DNA from: a candidate division FCPU426 bacterium
GTDB taxonomy: Bacteria > Oederibacteriota > JAAXVQ01 > JAUVAV01
Reading direction: 5' to 3'
NCBI GenBank assembly: GCA_040756875.1
Contig: JBFLYH010000003.1
Span: 64,001-128,000 of the forward strand
DNA length: 64,000 nucleotides
Positions 17,967 through 27,242 of this stretch are shown piece after piece. The notes below the pieces were generated by a model. It worked only from the letters and a program-made list of their open reading frames with translations, was not told the DNA's origin and did not search any database. The translations under genes were made by a program, and so were the position numbers. Numbering within the stretch: the stretch's first letter is position 1; each line of letters begins with the position of its first letter.

Positions 17967-18865
17967 CTTAAAGACACCCCCGAATACTTATTATATGCAT
18001 GCAAAACAATATCGTGACCCCTCCTCTGCGCATAATCAGAAATCAATTTATAATAATGTTTAATCTCACTGTCAAATTCGTTATCTTGACCAAAATCTTC
18101 AATTTTTAGCTTTATATCCCTTACTAATATTTCCATCGTAATTCCACAACTATGTGAATGCCATCTATCGGTGTCGTTTAATTTTCTTGCTATCTCTGCC
18201 GCTCTCGAAGCTTTCATTTTTGGTGTCACATTCTTTCTTCTACCAGAAGTAGTCGCCCAATTTTTAAACTTGTATTTTACCAACCACTCTTTAAGGAGAC
18301 TAATCGACAATTCTCTTTCCTGTTCAAAACGATATAATTCGGCAGGATCAAATTTTTCTGTTAAAAAAACCATTTCTGCAGTGGTTAATTTTCCTTTTCT
18401 TGATTTTTCAATTAATCTTTCGTATTGAATTAAATAACCTAGCGCCGGAACGAGCCCTTTTACAGAAGGGCGGTCTATTTGTGGGTCAATTGGCCCTAAT
18501 ACTGAATAATAATTCATATAAATAGTATCGCCAGACATCACTAAAATTGTACCCGCAGACATAGCATAATTCGGCACAATAAATTCAACTGTTTGATAAT
18601 AATGCCTAGTTACTTCTGCAATTCTTTTTGCAACTTCAATATACCCCCCCTGAGTTTCCAAGATAAAAATCAGTTTTGATTTCTTATCTTTTTTCGACTC
18701 AATAGCTTCTTTAATCAGATCATCAATAGGAGTCATTATTGGTCCCATGAAAAATAACAAATCTCCATCGAGTCTTTTTTCTAATGGTTTTGATCTTTCA
18801 TCAAGTAATTCCTCTAGGATTTCATTAGAACTATGTCTTATAACTTTAGTTGAGGAATCACCCAT
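17963..18865 (-). CDS. SDH family ClpP-class serine protease (serine dehydrogenase proteinase-like), on an AT-rich islet
   Basis: Motifs 'ILETQGG', 'VPNYAMSAGTILVMSGD', 'LGPIDPQ' and 'WHSHS'. Markedly AT-rich relative to its flanks. Confidence 0.8.
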   Translation of the reverse strand: MGDSSTKVIRHSSNEILEELLDERSKPLEKRLDGDLLFFMGPIMTPIDDLIKEAIESKKDKKSKLIFILETQGGYIEVAKRIAEVTRHYYQTVEFIVPNYAMSAGTILVMSGDTIYMNYYSVLGPIDPQIDRPSVKGLVPALGYLIQYERLIEKSRKGKLTTAEMVFLTEKFDPAELYRFEQERELSISLLKEWLVKYKFKNWATTSGRRKNVTPKMKASRAAEIARKLNDTDRWHSHSCGITMEILVRDIKLKIEDFGQDNEFDSEIKHYYKLISDYAQRRGHDIVLHAYNKYSGVSLR

Positions 18866-18904
18866 AATTACACCAACTTTAATTATTTTTAATTTCTTTC
18901 TCCA

Positions 18905-19013
18905 AGGTGTCCGAGATAAGCGTTTGCGAAAAGGACTGGTATTTTTAAGTTTTCGCGAGCCGAGGCCGCTTTCCCCGAAGCGGACGTCTTTCGAAGCTAT
19001 ACCTCGAACACCT
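18905..19013. repeat. Structured TIR-bounded element, copy 1
   Basis: Homologous to 25326-25444 (shared AAGCGTTTGCGAAAAGGACTGGT and GTCTTTCGAAGC..CCTCGAACA). Confidence 0.75.
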
Positions 19014-19117
19014 AAAATCAGGACTTTTTTTAGAGGTTTCAGATTATTACTGAGATAAATAAATTATGGCATATTTATAGCAAAATGTATAGTCTTCGAA
19101 GTGTAAACCTTAAGCTC

Positions 19118-20605
19118 TCAGTTGGCGGAGGGAAACAGGGTGAAGCGGAGGTTGAAATAGCCGAGAAAAGCCCAGCCCTGGTCCCAGTGCAGGTAGGCGA
19201 CGTCGAAGTTGAACAGCCGGTCCACGTGCATGTTGACCAGCACCGGGTGCTGCTGGGACCGGAGTTCGGCGTCCGTGGGATACAGGATCTCCCACGCCAG
19301 GTTGACGCGGCGGGCCAGGGGCAGGTCCATGCCGAAGTAAAACATGTTGCGGGTGCGCACGGTGTCGCCGTAGCGCAGGTACTTGGACAGGTACAGCAGC
19401 GGGTCGCCGAGCGAGCCGAACACGTATCCGCTGTGCAGCCCCAGGTCGCCTAATGAGCGGCTGATGACCGCGTAGCCGCCCCAGACGTAATCCAGTTCCG
19501 ACTTGTTGGAAAAAGTGAAGCTGCCGGAGGTCTGGCTCTGCTGGCCGGCGAAGAGCTGGAGCGAGGCTTTGCCGCCCACGGCTGCGGTCAGGGGCCAGTT
19601 CTTCTCGGACACCGGCGTGTACTTGGCGTCCGCGGACAGGAGCCACAAGCTGATGGGATCCAGGTACAGCGGCAGGGGCGACAATTCCTTGGCCTGCTCG
19701 CCGTAGAGCGTGCCGATGTAGTAGGTGAACATCATGTCGCCGGTCAGGCCCGTGTCCAGCCAGTCCACGCCCCGGTAGGCGGTGGACATGAGGATCAGAC
19801 CGTTGCGGCTGCGCGGCCGCGCCCGGGCGCTTACCTCGGCGCTGGCCGGGCCGGTCTGCCCGCGCGCATCCACGGCCAAAACTTCGTACAGGTAGTTCCG
19901 GCGCGGATCGCCGGTCTCGTCATAATATTCTTCCTTGGCGACCGGGGCCGGGGTCAGAAGCACGGCCGTTTCGCCCGGCCCGGTTTTCCGCCGCACCAGA
20001 TAAGCGGTCACCTCGTAGGAGGTGCGGGTGGGTTTTTTCCACTTCAGTTGCACGCGCTCCTCCTGGTTGCTGGCCGACACTTCGGGCGCCAGCGGCGGCA
20101 CGGCGGGCAGCAGGCGGGCGAGAATCGTGGCCGAGGAAACCAGGGTGTCGCCGCTGCCGCTGACTGCGGTGACTTGGTACGTATACCAGGTGCCGGCCGT
20201 GGCGCTGAGGTCCTGATAACTGGCCGTGGTCAGGGCCTGGGACGTCATGGGCTCCAGCGCGCGGCCGGCCTCGGCCCGGGAAACCAGGTATCCGGCCAGG
20301 GCCACGGCGGTCTGAGTGGTGGACCAGGAAAGGGTGATCGTTTCGGAGGTGGCCGTGGCGGTCAAGCCCAGGGGGTCGACGACAGCGGAAGTCCATTCCC
20401 CGCCCGAGGCCTGCGCGGCCGTCGTGGAGCCCGCGGCGTCGGCCTGCAAACCGGCGGACCGGGCCGTGGCTGTGGCGCTGCCGGCTTCAGAGGACTGGCC
20501 GGCCAGCGCGCGCAGGGCCCGCTCCAGGGGCGTAAGGGTTTTGGCGCCCATGCCCAGGCCGGCCGCCAGCAACAGGCCGCAGGCAGCGAGGATGCGCGCG
20601 CGCAC
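19118..20605 (-). CDS. Secreted protein with two Fn3-like domains and a predicted C-terminal beta-barrel-like region
   Basis: Signal peptide; two 'TLSW...YLV.R...Y.D....Y.Y.V.AV' units; aromatic amphipathic strands at the C-terminus. Confidence 0.6.
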   Translation of the reverse strand: MRARILAACGLLLAAGLGMGAKTLTPLERALRALAGQSSEAGSATATARSAGLQADAAGSTTAAQASGGEWTSAVVDPLGLTATATSETITLSWSTTQTAVALAGYLVSRAEAGRALEPMTSQALTTASYQDLSATAGTWYTYQVTAVSGSGDTLVSSATILARLLPAVPPLAPEVSASNQEERVQLKWKKPTRTSYEVTAYLVRRKTGPGETAVLLTPAPVAKEEYYDETGDPRRNYLYEVLAVDARGQTGPASAEVSARARPRSRNGLILMSTAYRGVDWLDTGLTGDMMFTYYIGTLYGEQAKELSPLPLYLDPISLWLLSADAKYTPVSEKNWPLTAAVGGKASLQLFAGQQSQTSGSFTFSNKSELDYVWGGYAVISRSLGDLGLHSGYVFGSLGDPLLYLSKYLRYGDTVRTRNMFYFGMDLPLARRVNLAWEILYPTDAELRSQQHPVLVNMHVDRLFNFDVAYLHWDQGWAFLGYFNLRFTLFPSAN

Positions 20606-20609
20606 GGCG

Positions 20610-21194
20610 TCAGCCCTTCCGGCGCGCGGGCCGGAACTTGAGAAAATTGGCGAGCAGCGCTTTGCCGGCCACGGTCAGGATGGACTCCGGGTGAAATTGC
20701 ACGCCCTCGGTCGGGAAGTGCTTATGCCGCAGTCCCATGATTTCACCGGCCTGCGTCTTGGCCGTGACGACCAGGCAGTCCGGCAGGTTGCGGGGCGACA
20801 CCAGCAGCGAATGATAGCGGGTGGCGGTCAGCGGGTTGGGCAGGCCCTTGAACACGCCGCGGTTGTCGTGGCGGACCTCCGACGTCTTGCCGTGCATGAG
20901 CCGGCTGGCGCGCACCACGCGCCCGCCGAAAGCCTCGCCGATGGCCTGGTGCCCGAGGCACACGCCCAGGATGGGCAGGCGCGGGGCGAAGGTCCGGATC
21001 GCGGCCACCGAAATGCCGGCTTCGCGGGGCGTGCAGGGCCCGGGCGAAATCACCAGGTGGTCCGGCCGCAGGCGCGCGATGCCCGGCAGATCGATCCGGT
21101 CGTTGCGGACCACGCGCAGGCGCTGTCCCAGTTCGCCCAGATACTGGACCAGGTTATACGTGAAAGAATCGTAATTGTCGATGACCAGGATCAT
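20610..21194 (-). CDS. trpG: Anthranilate synthase component II / glutamine amidotransferase
   Basis: Motifs '[10 protein letters not shown]', 'GVCLGHQ', 'RYHSL' and 'QFHPES'. Confidence 0.9.
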   Translation of the reverse strand: MILVIDNYDSFTYNLVQYLGELGQRLRVVRNDRIDLPGIARLRPDHLVISPGPCTPREAGISVAAIRTFAPRLPILGVCLGHQAIGEAFGGRVVRASRLMHGKTSEVRHDNRGVFKGLPNPLTATRYHSLLVSPRNLPDCLVVTAKTQAGEIMGLRHKHFPTEGVQFHPESILTVAGKALLANFLKFRPARRKG

Positions 21195-22699
21195 GCCTTG
21201 CGCCTCCTCGCCGCGCCCAGGGGCCAGCCCTGGCTGGCCAGCTCCAAGGCCCGCTTGAGCGCCCGCATCTTGTTCTCGGTCTCCAGGTATTCCCTATCGG
21301 GCTTGGAATCAGCCACGATGCCGGCCGCGGCCTGCAGGTGATAGGTCCCCCGCGAATAGAGGATGGTGCGGATGGTGATGCCCGTGTCCAGGTCCCCGGA
21401 GTAATCGAAGTAGCCCACCGCGCCCGCGTACGGGCCCCGCCGCTCGGTTTCGAGTTCCTCGATGATTTCCATGGCCCGGATCTTGGGCGCGCCGGTCACG
21501 GTGCCGGCCGGAAACGCGGCCTGCAGGGCGTCGCACTGGTCCTGGCCGGCCTGCAGTTTCCCCTCCACGTGGGACACGATGTGCATCACGTGGGAATAGC
21601 GCTCGATGACCATCAGCTCCGGGACCCGCACGCTGCCGAAGCGGCTGACGCGCCCCACGTCGTTCCGCCCCAGGTCCACCAGCATGATGTGCTCGGCCCT
21701 CTCCTTGGGGTCGGCCAGCAGCTTGGCCTCCAGGCGCTGGTCCTGGGTGGCCGTGGCGCCCCGCCGGACCGTGCCGGCGATGGGCCGGGTGGCGACCATC
21801 GCTCCGGTCTTGCGGAGCAGCAATTCGGGCGAGGAGCCCAGGAGCTCGCACTCCGGAAAGCGCAGGTAGAACATGTACGGCGAGGGATTGATGGTGCGCA
21901 GGGCCCGGTAGACGGAGAACGGCGGCACGGGCACCTCGGCGCTCAGCCGCCGCGAAATCTGCACCTGGATGATGTCGCCGGCCCGGATGTACGCTTTGGC
22001 CTTGCGCACCTGGTCCAGGAACTGGGCCCGCGTCACGTTGGAACGCAGGCGCGGCGCGGGCAGCGACGGCGCTTTGCCTTCGGCGCGCGGCAGGGGCTGG
22101 CGCAGCTTCCGGCTCAGGTTGCGGATCGCGGCCACGGCGCGCTGGTAGGCCCGGGCCGGATCGCCGGTCACGTGGGCGTTGCTCACCACTTTGATCACGT
22201 GCTGCACGTGGTCGAACACCAGCAGGTTTTCCGTGAACACCAGCAGCGCATCAGGAAGCCCGAGAGGGTCCGGGTTCCGGGTGGGCAGCTTTTCGAAATA
22301 ACGCGCCAGATCGTAGCTGAGGTAGCCCACGGCCCCGCCGTGGAACGGCGGCAGGCCGGGCGTGGCCACGTGCCGGTAGCGTTTCAGGAGCTGCCGGACC
22401 ACGTCCAGGGGGTTGCCGCCGTGAGGCAGCATGCGGACCTTGCCGGCCACATGGTGCTCCACCACGCCGCCCCGCACGGCCACCCACTCCGCGGGGTCCG
22501 CGCCCAAAAAGGAATACCGTCCGACCTGGTCGCCGCCTTCCACGCTCTCGAGCAAAAAGGCCCGGGACGCCCGGTCGGCGATCTTCAGGAAGGCCGACAC
22601 CGGCGTCTCCACGTCCGCGGGCAGCTCGGCGTAAACCGGAATCAGGTTGCCCCGGCGGCTGCGGCGCTTGAATTCGTCCCAGCTGGGATAAAAGTTCAT
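21191..22699 (-). CDS. trpE: Anthranilate synthase component I
   Basis: Motifs 'LLESVEGG', 'NPSPYM', 'RPIAGT', '[13 protein letters not shown]' and '[10 protein letters not shown]'. Confidence 0.93.
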   Translation of the reverse strand: MNFYPSWDEFKRRSRRGNLIPVYAELPADVETPVSAFLKIADRASRAFLLESVEGGDQVGRYSFLGADPAEWVAVRGGVVEHHVAGKVRMLPHGGNPLDVVRQLLKRYRHVATPGLPPFHGGAVGYLSYDLARYFEKLPTRNPDPLGLPDALLVFTENLLVFDHVQHVIKVVSNAHVTGDPARAYQRAVAAIRNLSRKLRQPLPRAEGKAPSLPAPRLRSNVTRAQFLDQVRKAKAYIRAGDIIQVQISRRLSAEVPVPPFSVYRALRTINPSPYMFYLRFPECELLGSSPELLLRKTGAMVATRPIAGTVRRGATATQDQRLEAKLLADPKERAEHIMLVDLGRNDVGRVSRFGSVRVPELMVIERYSHVMHIVSHVEGKLQAGQDQCDALQAAFPAGTVTGAPKIRAMEIIEELETERRGPYAGAVGYFDYSGDLDTGITIRTILYSRGTYHLQAAAGIVADSKPDREYLETENKMRALKRALELASQGWPLGAARRRKA

Positions 22700-22725
22700 G
22701 ATGCCCTCACGCGATCATCCGCTTT

Positions 22726-23112
22726 TCAATGGGAGGAGTACTTGTCCCCCGGTTCGAACACCTTCTCGCCGTCCACGATCAGGCTGCCGTCTTCGGCCAC
22801 GCGGCGGAAAAAGCAGGAGCGGTAGCCCTCGTGGCAGGCGCCGCCCACCTGCTCCACCTTCATGAGCACGGCGTCCTGGTCGCAGTCCACGTGCAGGCTT
22901 TTGACCCGCTGCACATGGCCCGAGGTCTCGCCTTTTTTCCATAGTTTATTGCGGGAGCGGCTGTAATAGTGGGCCACTCCGGTTTCCAAGGTCAGGCGCA
23001 GGGCTTCGTCGTTCATAAAGGCCTGCATCAGGACCTCCTGGGTGGCCGCGTCCTGGACAATGGCCACCAACAGGCCCTGGGAATTGAATTTCATACCGTT
23101 GGGAACGGGCAT
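22726..23112 (-). CDS. hisI: Phosphoribosyl-AMP cyclohydrolase
   Basis: Motifs 'YSRSRNKLWKKGETSG', 'DCDQD' and 'ACHEGYRSCF'. Confidence 0.95.
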   Translation of the reverse strand: MPVPNGMKFNSQGLLVAIVQDAATQEVLMQAFMNDEALRLTLETGVAHYYSRSRNKLWKKGETSGHVQRVKSLHVDCDQDAVLMKVEQVGGACHEGYRSCFFRRVAEDGSLIVDGEKVFEPGDKYSSH

Positions 23113-23158
23113 GCGACTTCCTCCTTTTTCTTTTCCTGATTTTCCGCGAAACGCGTCC

Positions 23159-23938
23159 CTATTTTGCGCCGTGCGTCAGCCGCACCGGCACGCCGCGCCG
23201 GGCCAGATACCGCTTGGCCTGGCTGATCGTGTACTTGCCGTAGTGAAAAATGCTGGCCGCCAGCACCGCGTCGGCCCAGCCCTGGTCCAGCACTTCGGCC
23301 AGGTGCTTGAGCTGCCCGGCCCCGCCGCTGGCGATCACGGGCACGCTCACGGCCTGCGAAACGGTCCGGGTCAGTTCCACGTCGTACCCGTTCTGCGTGC
23401 CGTCGCAATCCATGGAGGTGAGCAGGATTTCGCCCGCGCCCAGGGCCACGCCGCGCCTGGCCCACTTGACCGCGTCCAGGCCCGTGGGCGTGCGGCCGCC
23501 GTGGATGAAGACCTCCCACAGGGACTGGCGCCCGGGCCGACGCCGGGCGTCGATGGCCAGCACGATCGTGCTGCGCCCGAACACCTCGGACGCCTGCCGC
23601 AGCAGCTCCGGCCGCTGGACCGCCGTGGTGTTGATGGATACCTTGTCCGCACCGGCCCGCAGCAGGTCCCGGATGTCCTGGATGCTGCGGATGCCCCCGC
23701 CCACGGTCAGCGGCATGAACACCTGCTCCGCGCAGCGCTCCACCACGCGCAGCATGGTGCGCCGGCTCTCCACGCTGGCGGTGATGTCGAGAAACACCAG
23801 CTCGTCCGCGCCGGCGCGGTCGTACACCTTGGCTTGCGCCACCGGATCGCCGGCGTCGCGCAGGTGCACGAAATTCACGCCCTTCACCACCCGGCCGTCC
23901 TTGACGTCCAGGCAGGGGATGATGCGTTTGGCCAGCAC
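23159..23938 (-). CDS. hisF: Imidazole glycerol phosphate synthase cyclase subunit
   Basis: Motifs 'RIIPCLDV', '[11 protein letters not shown]' and 'LTSMDCDGT'. Confidence 0.95.
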   Translation of the reverse strand: MLAKRIIPCLDVKDGRVVKGVNFVHLRDAGDPVAQAKVYDRAGADELVFLDITASVESRRTMLRVVERCAEQVFMPLTVGGGIRSIQDIRDLLRAGADKVSINTTAVQRPELLRQASEVFGRSTIVLAIDARRRPGRQSLWEVFIHGGRTPTGLDAVKWARRGVALGAGEILLTSMDCDGTQNGYDVELTRTVSQAVSVPVIASGGAGQLKHLAEVLDQGWADAVLAASIFHYGKYTISQAKRYLARRGVPVRLTHGAK

Positions 23939-23947
23939 CGTGCCTCC

Positions 23948-24673
23948 TTAGGCCGCGGCGGCCGCGACCGCGTCCTTCAGGTCCAGGGCGCCGGTGTAGA
24001 GCGCCTTGCCGATGATGCAGCCGCTGACGCCGTATTTTTCGAGGTTCTTCAGATGCTTGATGTCCTTGACCGAGGCCACGCCGCCCGAGGCGATGATCGG
24101 AATGTTCACCGCGCAGGCCATGGCCTTGATGCCCTTGAAATTGGGGCCGGACAGCAGGCCGTCGCGCTTGACGTCCGTGAAGATGAGGTGCCTCACCCCC
24201 GCTTTTTCCAGTTCCTGGGCGAACTCGATCGCGGACTTGTCCGTCACGTCCTTCCAGCCGCGGATGGCGACCTTGCCGTCGCGGCTGTCCACGCCCACCA
24301 CGATGCGCGCGGCGCCGAAACGCTTCAGGGCCTTGGTGAGGAAATCCAGGGAGAGCGCGTTCGTGCCCAGGATGACGCGGCGGATGCCGTTGTCCAGCAC
24401 TTCCTTGATCAGGTCCAGGTCGCGGATCCCGCCGCCGAACTGGATCGGAATGCGGACGGCCTTGGCGATCTGGTAGACGTATTTCAGGTTCTTCGGCGTG
24501 CCGGTCAGGGCGCCGTCCAGGTCCACGACGTGCAGGTATTTGGCCCCCTTGAGCTGCCACAGCTTGGCCATGGAGCTGGGTTCCTTGGAATACACGGTTT
24601 CATCGCGGACGTCGCCGCGCACCAGCCGCACGCAGCGGCCTTTGCGCAAATCAATGGCAGGATAAATCATCAT
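23948..24673 (-). CDS. hisA: ProFAR isomerase
   Basis: Motifs 'IYPAIDL', 'LHVVDLDGA', 'GGGIR' and 'GKALY'. Confidence 0.95.
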   Translation of the reverse strand: MMIYPAIDLRKGRCVRLVRGDVRDETVYSKEPSSMAKLWQLKGAKYLHVVDLDGALTGTPKNLKYVYQIAKAVRIPIQFGGGIRDLDLIKEVLDNGIRRVILGTNALSLDFLTKALKRFGAARIVVGVDSRDGKVAIRGWKDVTDKSAIEFAQELEKAGVRHLIFTDVKRDGLLSGPNFKGIKAMACAVNIPIIASGGVASVKDIKHLKNLEKYGVSGCIIGKALYTGALDLKDAVAAAAA

Positions 24674-24679
24674 GGTCCT

Positions 24680-25294
24680 TCACCCCTTGCGCTGCAACCA
24701 GCGCGCCAGATTACGGTAAACCTGCAGGCCCAGGTCCTGGCTCTTCTCCGGGTGGAACTGGGTGGCCAGGATGTTGTCTTTGCCGACCGCGGCCGCGACC
24801 TCGATGCCGTAGGCCGTGGTCGCCAGCGTCAACTGCGGGTCCGCGGGCTCGCAGTAAAACGAATGCACGAAATACATGTAAGAGCCGTCCGGAATGCCGC
24901 GCAGCAGGGGGTGGCGCCGCTTGACCGAAAGGCTGTTCCACCCCATGTGCGGCACTTTGTATTTCTTGGGGAACGGCCGCACGCGCCCCGGAAAAATGCC
25001 CAGGCCCGCGTGCCGGCCGAACTCCTCGGAGGTCTCGAACAGCAGCTGCATGCCCAGGCACACGCCCAGGAGCGGCTTGCCGTTGAAGGCCGCCTCCTTC
25101 AGGACGCCGATCAGCCGCTGCCGCGACAGGTTCTGCATGGCGTGCCCGAACGCGCCCACGCCGGGCAGTATGATCGCCCGGCTGCGGCGCAGGTCCCGCG
25201 CCTGCGACGTGATCCGCGACGGCAGTCCGGCCCGGGTGCAGGCTTTCTGCACCGAGTGCAGGTTTCCCATGCGGTAATCGACGATAGCCACCAT
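24680..25294 (-). CDS. hisH: Imidazole glycerol phosphate synthase glutaminase subunit
   Basis: Motifs 'DYRMGN', 'GVCLGMQ', 'VPHMGWN' and 'QFHPEKS'. Confidence 0.95.
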   Translation of the reverse strand: MVAIVDYRMGNLHSVQKACTRAGLPSRITSQARDLRRSRAIILPGVGAFGHAMQNLSRQRLIGVLKEAAFNGKPLLGVCLGMQLLFETSEEFGRHAGLGIFPGRVRPFPKKYKVPHMGWNSLSVKRRHPLLRGIPDGSYMYFVHSFYCEPADPQLTLATTAYGIEVAAAVGKDNILATQFHPEKSQDLGLQVYRNLARWLQRKG

Positions 25295-25325
25295 AACCGG
25301 TCGTCCTTCTGTGATCTTTTCAGCG

Positions 25326-25444
25326 GGGTGTTCGAGGTATTGCTGAGAAAGCGTTTGCGAAAAGGACTGGTCCTGCCGCCTTTTCGCAAGCCGAGGCCGC
25401 CCTCCTGATGGCGGCCGTCTTTCGAAGCAATGCCTCGAACATCT
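25326..25444. repeat. Structured TIR-bounded element, copy 2 (hisB-hisH spacer)
   Basis: Imperfect terminal inverted repeat GGTGTTCGAGGTATTGCT / AGCAATGCCTCGAACATC enclosing two internal hairpins. Confidence 0.75.
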
Positions 25445-25454
25445 ATTCCATCCG

Positions 25455-26048
25455 CTACAGCCGGCCTTTGGTGCTGGGGACGCCCTGTTGGCGGGAATCC
25501 CGTTCCAGAGCCTGCCGGAGCGCCCGTCCCAGGCCTTTGAAGGCCGCTTCCACGACGTGGTGCGTGTTGCCGCCGGCCAGCTGCGCCAAGTGCAGCGTCA
25601 GGCCGGCTTGATTGCTCAGGGCGCGGAAAAACTCCGTCGCCAGTTCCGTGTCAAAGGTCCCCAGCCGGCGCTGACGCAGCTTCAACCCGAAATTCAGAAA
25701 CGGCCGGCCCGACAGGTCGACGGCCACGGCCACCAGCGACTCGTCCATGGGAATCATGGCCCAGCCGTAGCGCCTGAGGCCGCGCTTGTCGCCCCAGGCT
25801 TTGGCCAGCGCCTGCCCCAGGGTCAGGCCCACGTCCTCGACCAGATGGTGCTGATCCACCTTCAAATCTCCCTTGGCCCGGATGTCCAAATCCACCAGGC
25901 TGTGGCCGGCCAACAGCGTCAGCATGTGCTCCAGGAAGGGAATGCCCAGGTCCAGGCGGGCCCGGCCGCTGCCATCCAGGTTCACGGACAGCGAAATGTC
26001 GGTCTCCTTGGTTTGGCGCCGTATGCGGGCAATGCGTGATTTGGGCAT
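25455..26048 (-). CDS. hisB: Imidazoleglycerol-phosphate dehydratase
   Basis: Motifs 'RQTKETDI', 'FLEHML', 'DQHHLVED' and 'NTHHVVEA'. Confidence 0.95.
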   Translation of the reverse strand: MPKSRIARIRRQTKETDISLSVNLDGSGRARLDLGIPFLEHMLTLLAGHSLVDLDIRAKGDLKVDQHHLVEDVGLTLGQALAKAWGDKRGLRRYGWAMIPMDESLVAVAVDLSGRPFLNFGLKLRQRRLGTFDTELATEFFRALSNQAGLTLHLAQLAGGNTHHVVEAAFKGLGRALRQALERDSRQQGVPSTKGRL

Positions 26049-26060
26049 GGGGATCCCTCC

Positions 26061-27242
26061 CTATCCTTTTCCGAGGGCCAGCGCAAGCTGCCTCAGCAAA
26101 TTATCGTTCTCCGGCGGACGGCCGATCGTGATCCGCAGGCACTGGGCCAGCGCCGGATCGCCGGCAAAGCCCCGCACCGCGATGTCCCGTTCGGCCAGCC
26201 GCGCCTTGATCCGCAGCGCGCGGGGCATTCTCACCAGCAGAAAATTGGCCTGGCTGGGGAAAACCTCCACGCCGCCAAGGCCGGCTAGGGCCCGGCTGAC
26301 GCGCTCCCGTTCCGAAACGATCAGGCGCGCCTGGCTTTGCCAGGCATCCGGGTGCTCCAGCGCGACCTCGGCCGCAGTTTGGGCGAAGGCGTCGAGGTTG
26401 AACGGCAGCCGCACGCGGTTGACCATTTCGACCAGCTCCGGCCGCGCGATCAGGTAGCCCACGCGCAGCCCGGCCAGGGACCAGGCTTTGGAAAAAGTCC
26501 CCAGTACAACCAGGTGCGGATGGGCTTTAAGCCGGGGCACCAGGCTGCCGGAATCGGAACCCGCGAACAGGCGGTAGGCTTCGTCCACCACCACCAGCCG
26601 GTCCGTGGCTTCCAGAATCCGTTCGATCTGCGCCAGGGGCGCGCTGCGCCCCGTGGGGTTGTTCGGCGTGGCCAGAAACAGCAGGCGGGCCCGGGGATGC
26701 CGCAAGGCTTCGAGCACGGCCGGCAGGTCGAGCGACCAATCCGGCCGCAGGGGCACTGCCGCGGCTTCGCCGCCCAGCGCGCGGCTGAGCGCCGCGTACA
26801 TGCTGAACGTGGGCGTGGGCACGACGGCCCGCGTGCCCGGGCCGCCGAAGCAGACCAGCAGGTCGCGGATCAGCTCATCCGAGCCGTTGCCCATGAGCAC
26901 CTGTTCCGGCGCGACCCCTTCCTGCGCGGCCAGGGCCTGCCGCAGAGTCCGGCATTCCGGATCAGGATAGCGGTTCCATTCCCGCTTGGAAAAACGCTCC
27001 GCCACTTCCCGCTTGAGCGCAACCGGAAAATCAAACGCGCTCTCGTTGGCGTCCAGGCGCACGGCCGGCCCGGCCGGTTCGGGCTGGTAGGCCGCGAGCC
27101 GGCTCACGTGCGGCCTCACCCAGGACGTCCAGGGGGAGGGGGGCGCCGTGCGGGTTTTCCGCGCCGAAGGCGCCCGGCGGGAGCGGGCCTTTTTTACCGG
27201 TTTGCGCCCGAGCGGAACCACGATCGCGGGCACTGGGTTCAC
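26061..27242 (-). CDS. hisC: Histidinol-phosphate aminotransferase
   Basis: Motifs 'RYPD', 'GNGSDE', 'PNNPTG', 'DEAY' and 'TFSKAWSLAGLRVG'. Confidence 0.93.
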   Translation of the reverse strand: MNPVPAIVVPLGRKPVKKARSRRAPSARKTRTAPPSPWTSWVRPHVSRLAAYQPEPAGPAVRLDANESAFDFPVALKREVAERFSKREWNRYPDPECRTLRQALAAQEGVAPEQVLMGNGSDELIRDLLVCFGGPGTRAVVPTPTFSMYAALSRALGGEAAAVPLRPDWSLDLPAVLEALRHPRARLLFLATPNNPTGRSAPLAQIERILEATDRLVVVDEAYRLFAGSDSGSLVPRLKAHPHLVVLGTFSKAWSLAGLRVGYLIARPELVEMVNRVRLPFNLDAFAQTAAEVALEHPDAWQSQARLIVSERERVSRALAGLGGVEVFPSQANFLLVRMPRALRIKARLAERDIAVRGFAGDPALAQCLRITIGRPPENDNLLRQLALALGKG

